From Eledone cirrhosa (Eukaryota): DNA of 64,000 nt. Below the pieces are notes generated by a model. It saw only the letters and a list, made by a program, of their open reading frames with translations, was not told where the DNA came from and ran no database searches. The position numbers and the translations under genes are program-made. Below, piece by piece: positions 62,907 to 64,000 of the stretch (position 1 is the stretch's first letter; every line of letters starts with the position of its first letter). The stretch covers positions 257,796,001-257,860,000 of the forward strand of contig OZ024741.1 in assembly GCA_964016885.1 (NCBI GenBank). Direction: 5' to 3'.

Positions 62907-64000
62907 GTTTCGCTTTACGAATGTTTCGACTTACGAGTGTTTCGGCTTACGATTGTTTTGACTTACGAGATTTTTGACTTACGGGTCTTTCGACTTAGGA
63001 GTGTTTCGACTTACGAGTGTTTCGGCTTACAAGTGTTTCGTCTTACGAGTGTTTCGGCTTACGAGTGTTTCGACTTACCAGTGTTCTGACTACGAGTGTT
63101 CTGACTTACGGGTGTTCTGACTTACGAGTGTTCCGAATTGCGAGTGTTTCGGCTTATGAATGTTTCGACTTACGAGTGTTTCGGCTTACGAGTGTTTCGA
63201 CTTACGAGTGTTTCGGCTTACGATTGTTTCGACTTACGAATGTTTTTGCTTACGAGTGTTTCGACTTACGAGTGTTTTGATTTACGGTGTTTCGGCTTAC
63301 GAGTGTTTCGACTTACGAGTGTTTTGACTTACGGGTGTTTTGACATACGAGTGTTTCGATACGAGTGTTCTGACTTACGAGTGTTCTGACTTGCGAGTGT
63401 TCCGACTTACGAGTGTTTCGGCTTACGAGTGTTTCGACATACGAGTTTTTTAACTTACGGGTGTTTCGACTTACGTGTGTTTCGACTTACGAGTGTTTCG
63501 GCCTACGAGTGTTTCGGCTTACGAGTGTTTCGGCTCACGAGTGTTTCGACTTACGAGTGTTTCGACTTACGAGTGTTTCGACTTAAGAGTGTTTCGACTT
63601 ACGAGTGTTTCGACTTACGAGTGATTTTGCCATACGGGTGTTTCGGTTTACGAGTGTTTCGACTTACGAGTGTTCTGACTTACGAGTGTTCCGACTTACG
63701 AGTGTTTCGACTTACGAGTGTTTTGACTTACGAGTGTTCCGACCTACGAGCGTTTCGGCTTATGGGAGTTCCGACCTACGAGTGTTTCGACTTACGAGTG
63801 TTTTGACTTACGAGTGTTTCGGCTTACGAGTGTTTCGACTTACGAGTGTTTCGACTTACGAGTGTTCTGACTTACGAGTGTTCTGACTTACGAGTGTTCC
63901 GACTTACGAGTGTTTCGACTTACGAGTGTTTCGACTTACGAGTGTTTCGACTTACGAGTGTTTCGGCTTAAGAGTGTTTTGACTTACGAGTGTTCTGACT

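Larger units (their letters stand above)
1..64000 (+). repeat. Tandem satellite array, 16-bp monomer GACTTACGAGTGTTTC (~3,800 copies), running off both window edges
   Basis: The monomer is directly visible throughout, in one orientation. Common junction variants are TTTCGAC, TTTCGGC, TTTTGAC, TTCTGAC and TTCCGAC; 14-, 15- and 17-bp indel monomers also occur. Copy number estimated as (64000 - 30x83)/16. Confidence 0.99.

Noticed and set aside
1-64000. Hundreds of 60-145-aa plus-strand ORFs as protein-coding genes
   Set aside because: All are translations of the stop-free 16-bp monomer and overlap in all three frames. Frameshifting 14-, 15- and 17-bp monomers are tolerated. The minus strand lacks ORFs simply because each monomer contains TAA.
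1-64000. Telomerase-synthesised telomeric repeat
   Set aside because: There is no G-run core. Variants are inherited in multi-kb duplicated blocks with interspersed islands, which indicates recombinational amplification. A subtelomeric location cannot be excluded.
1-64000. Synthetic or sequencing-artefact concatemer
   Set aside because: Hierarchical, shared variant patterns and island haplotypes fit natural satellite evolution. Exact copy number and block order could still be misassembled.

Overview
The whole 64-kb window is one head-to-tail satellite array in a single orientation. It holds roughly 3,800 copies of a 16-bp monomer (consensus GACTTACGAGTGTTTC, about 44% GC, two CpGs). I found no credible gene, RNA gene, CRISPR array or intact mobile element. 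The ORF track is explained by the monomer: it has no stop codon in any + frame, while the - strand carries TAA in every unit. The only non-monomer sequence is a 69-bp AT-rich island (AAATAACAAATAGACGCGGTTTCAAATCTCTATGCTTTTCAAATTCATTACATTAATCTTTATTTATAC). I counted 30 near-identical copies, always at the same position within a monomer and 0.3-6.6 kb apart. Monomer variants follow a recurring order and reveal nested higher-order duplications: about 6.0-kb and 7.4-kb tandem duplications, 1-2.8-kb duplications, and dispersed copies 16-59 kb apart. The architecture suggests eukaryotic heterochromatic or centromere-type satellite DNA, but neither organism nor function can be determined from sequence alone. 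The best leads are the conserved, phase-locked island and the monomer core TCGACTTACGA, which resembles (from memory, unverified) pogo/Tigger transposon end sequences. All counts and offsets were made by eye or from the ORF track.
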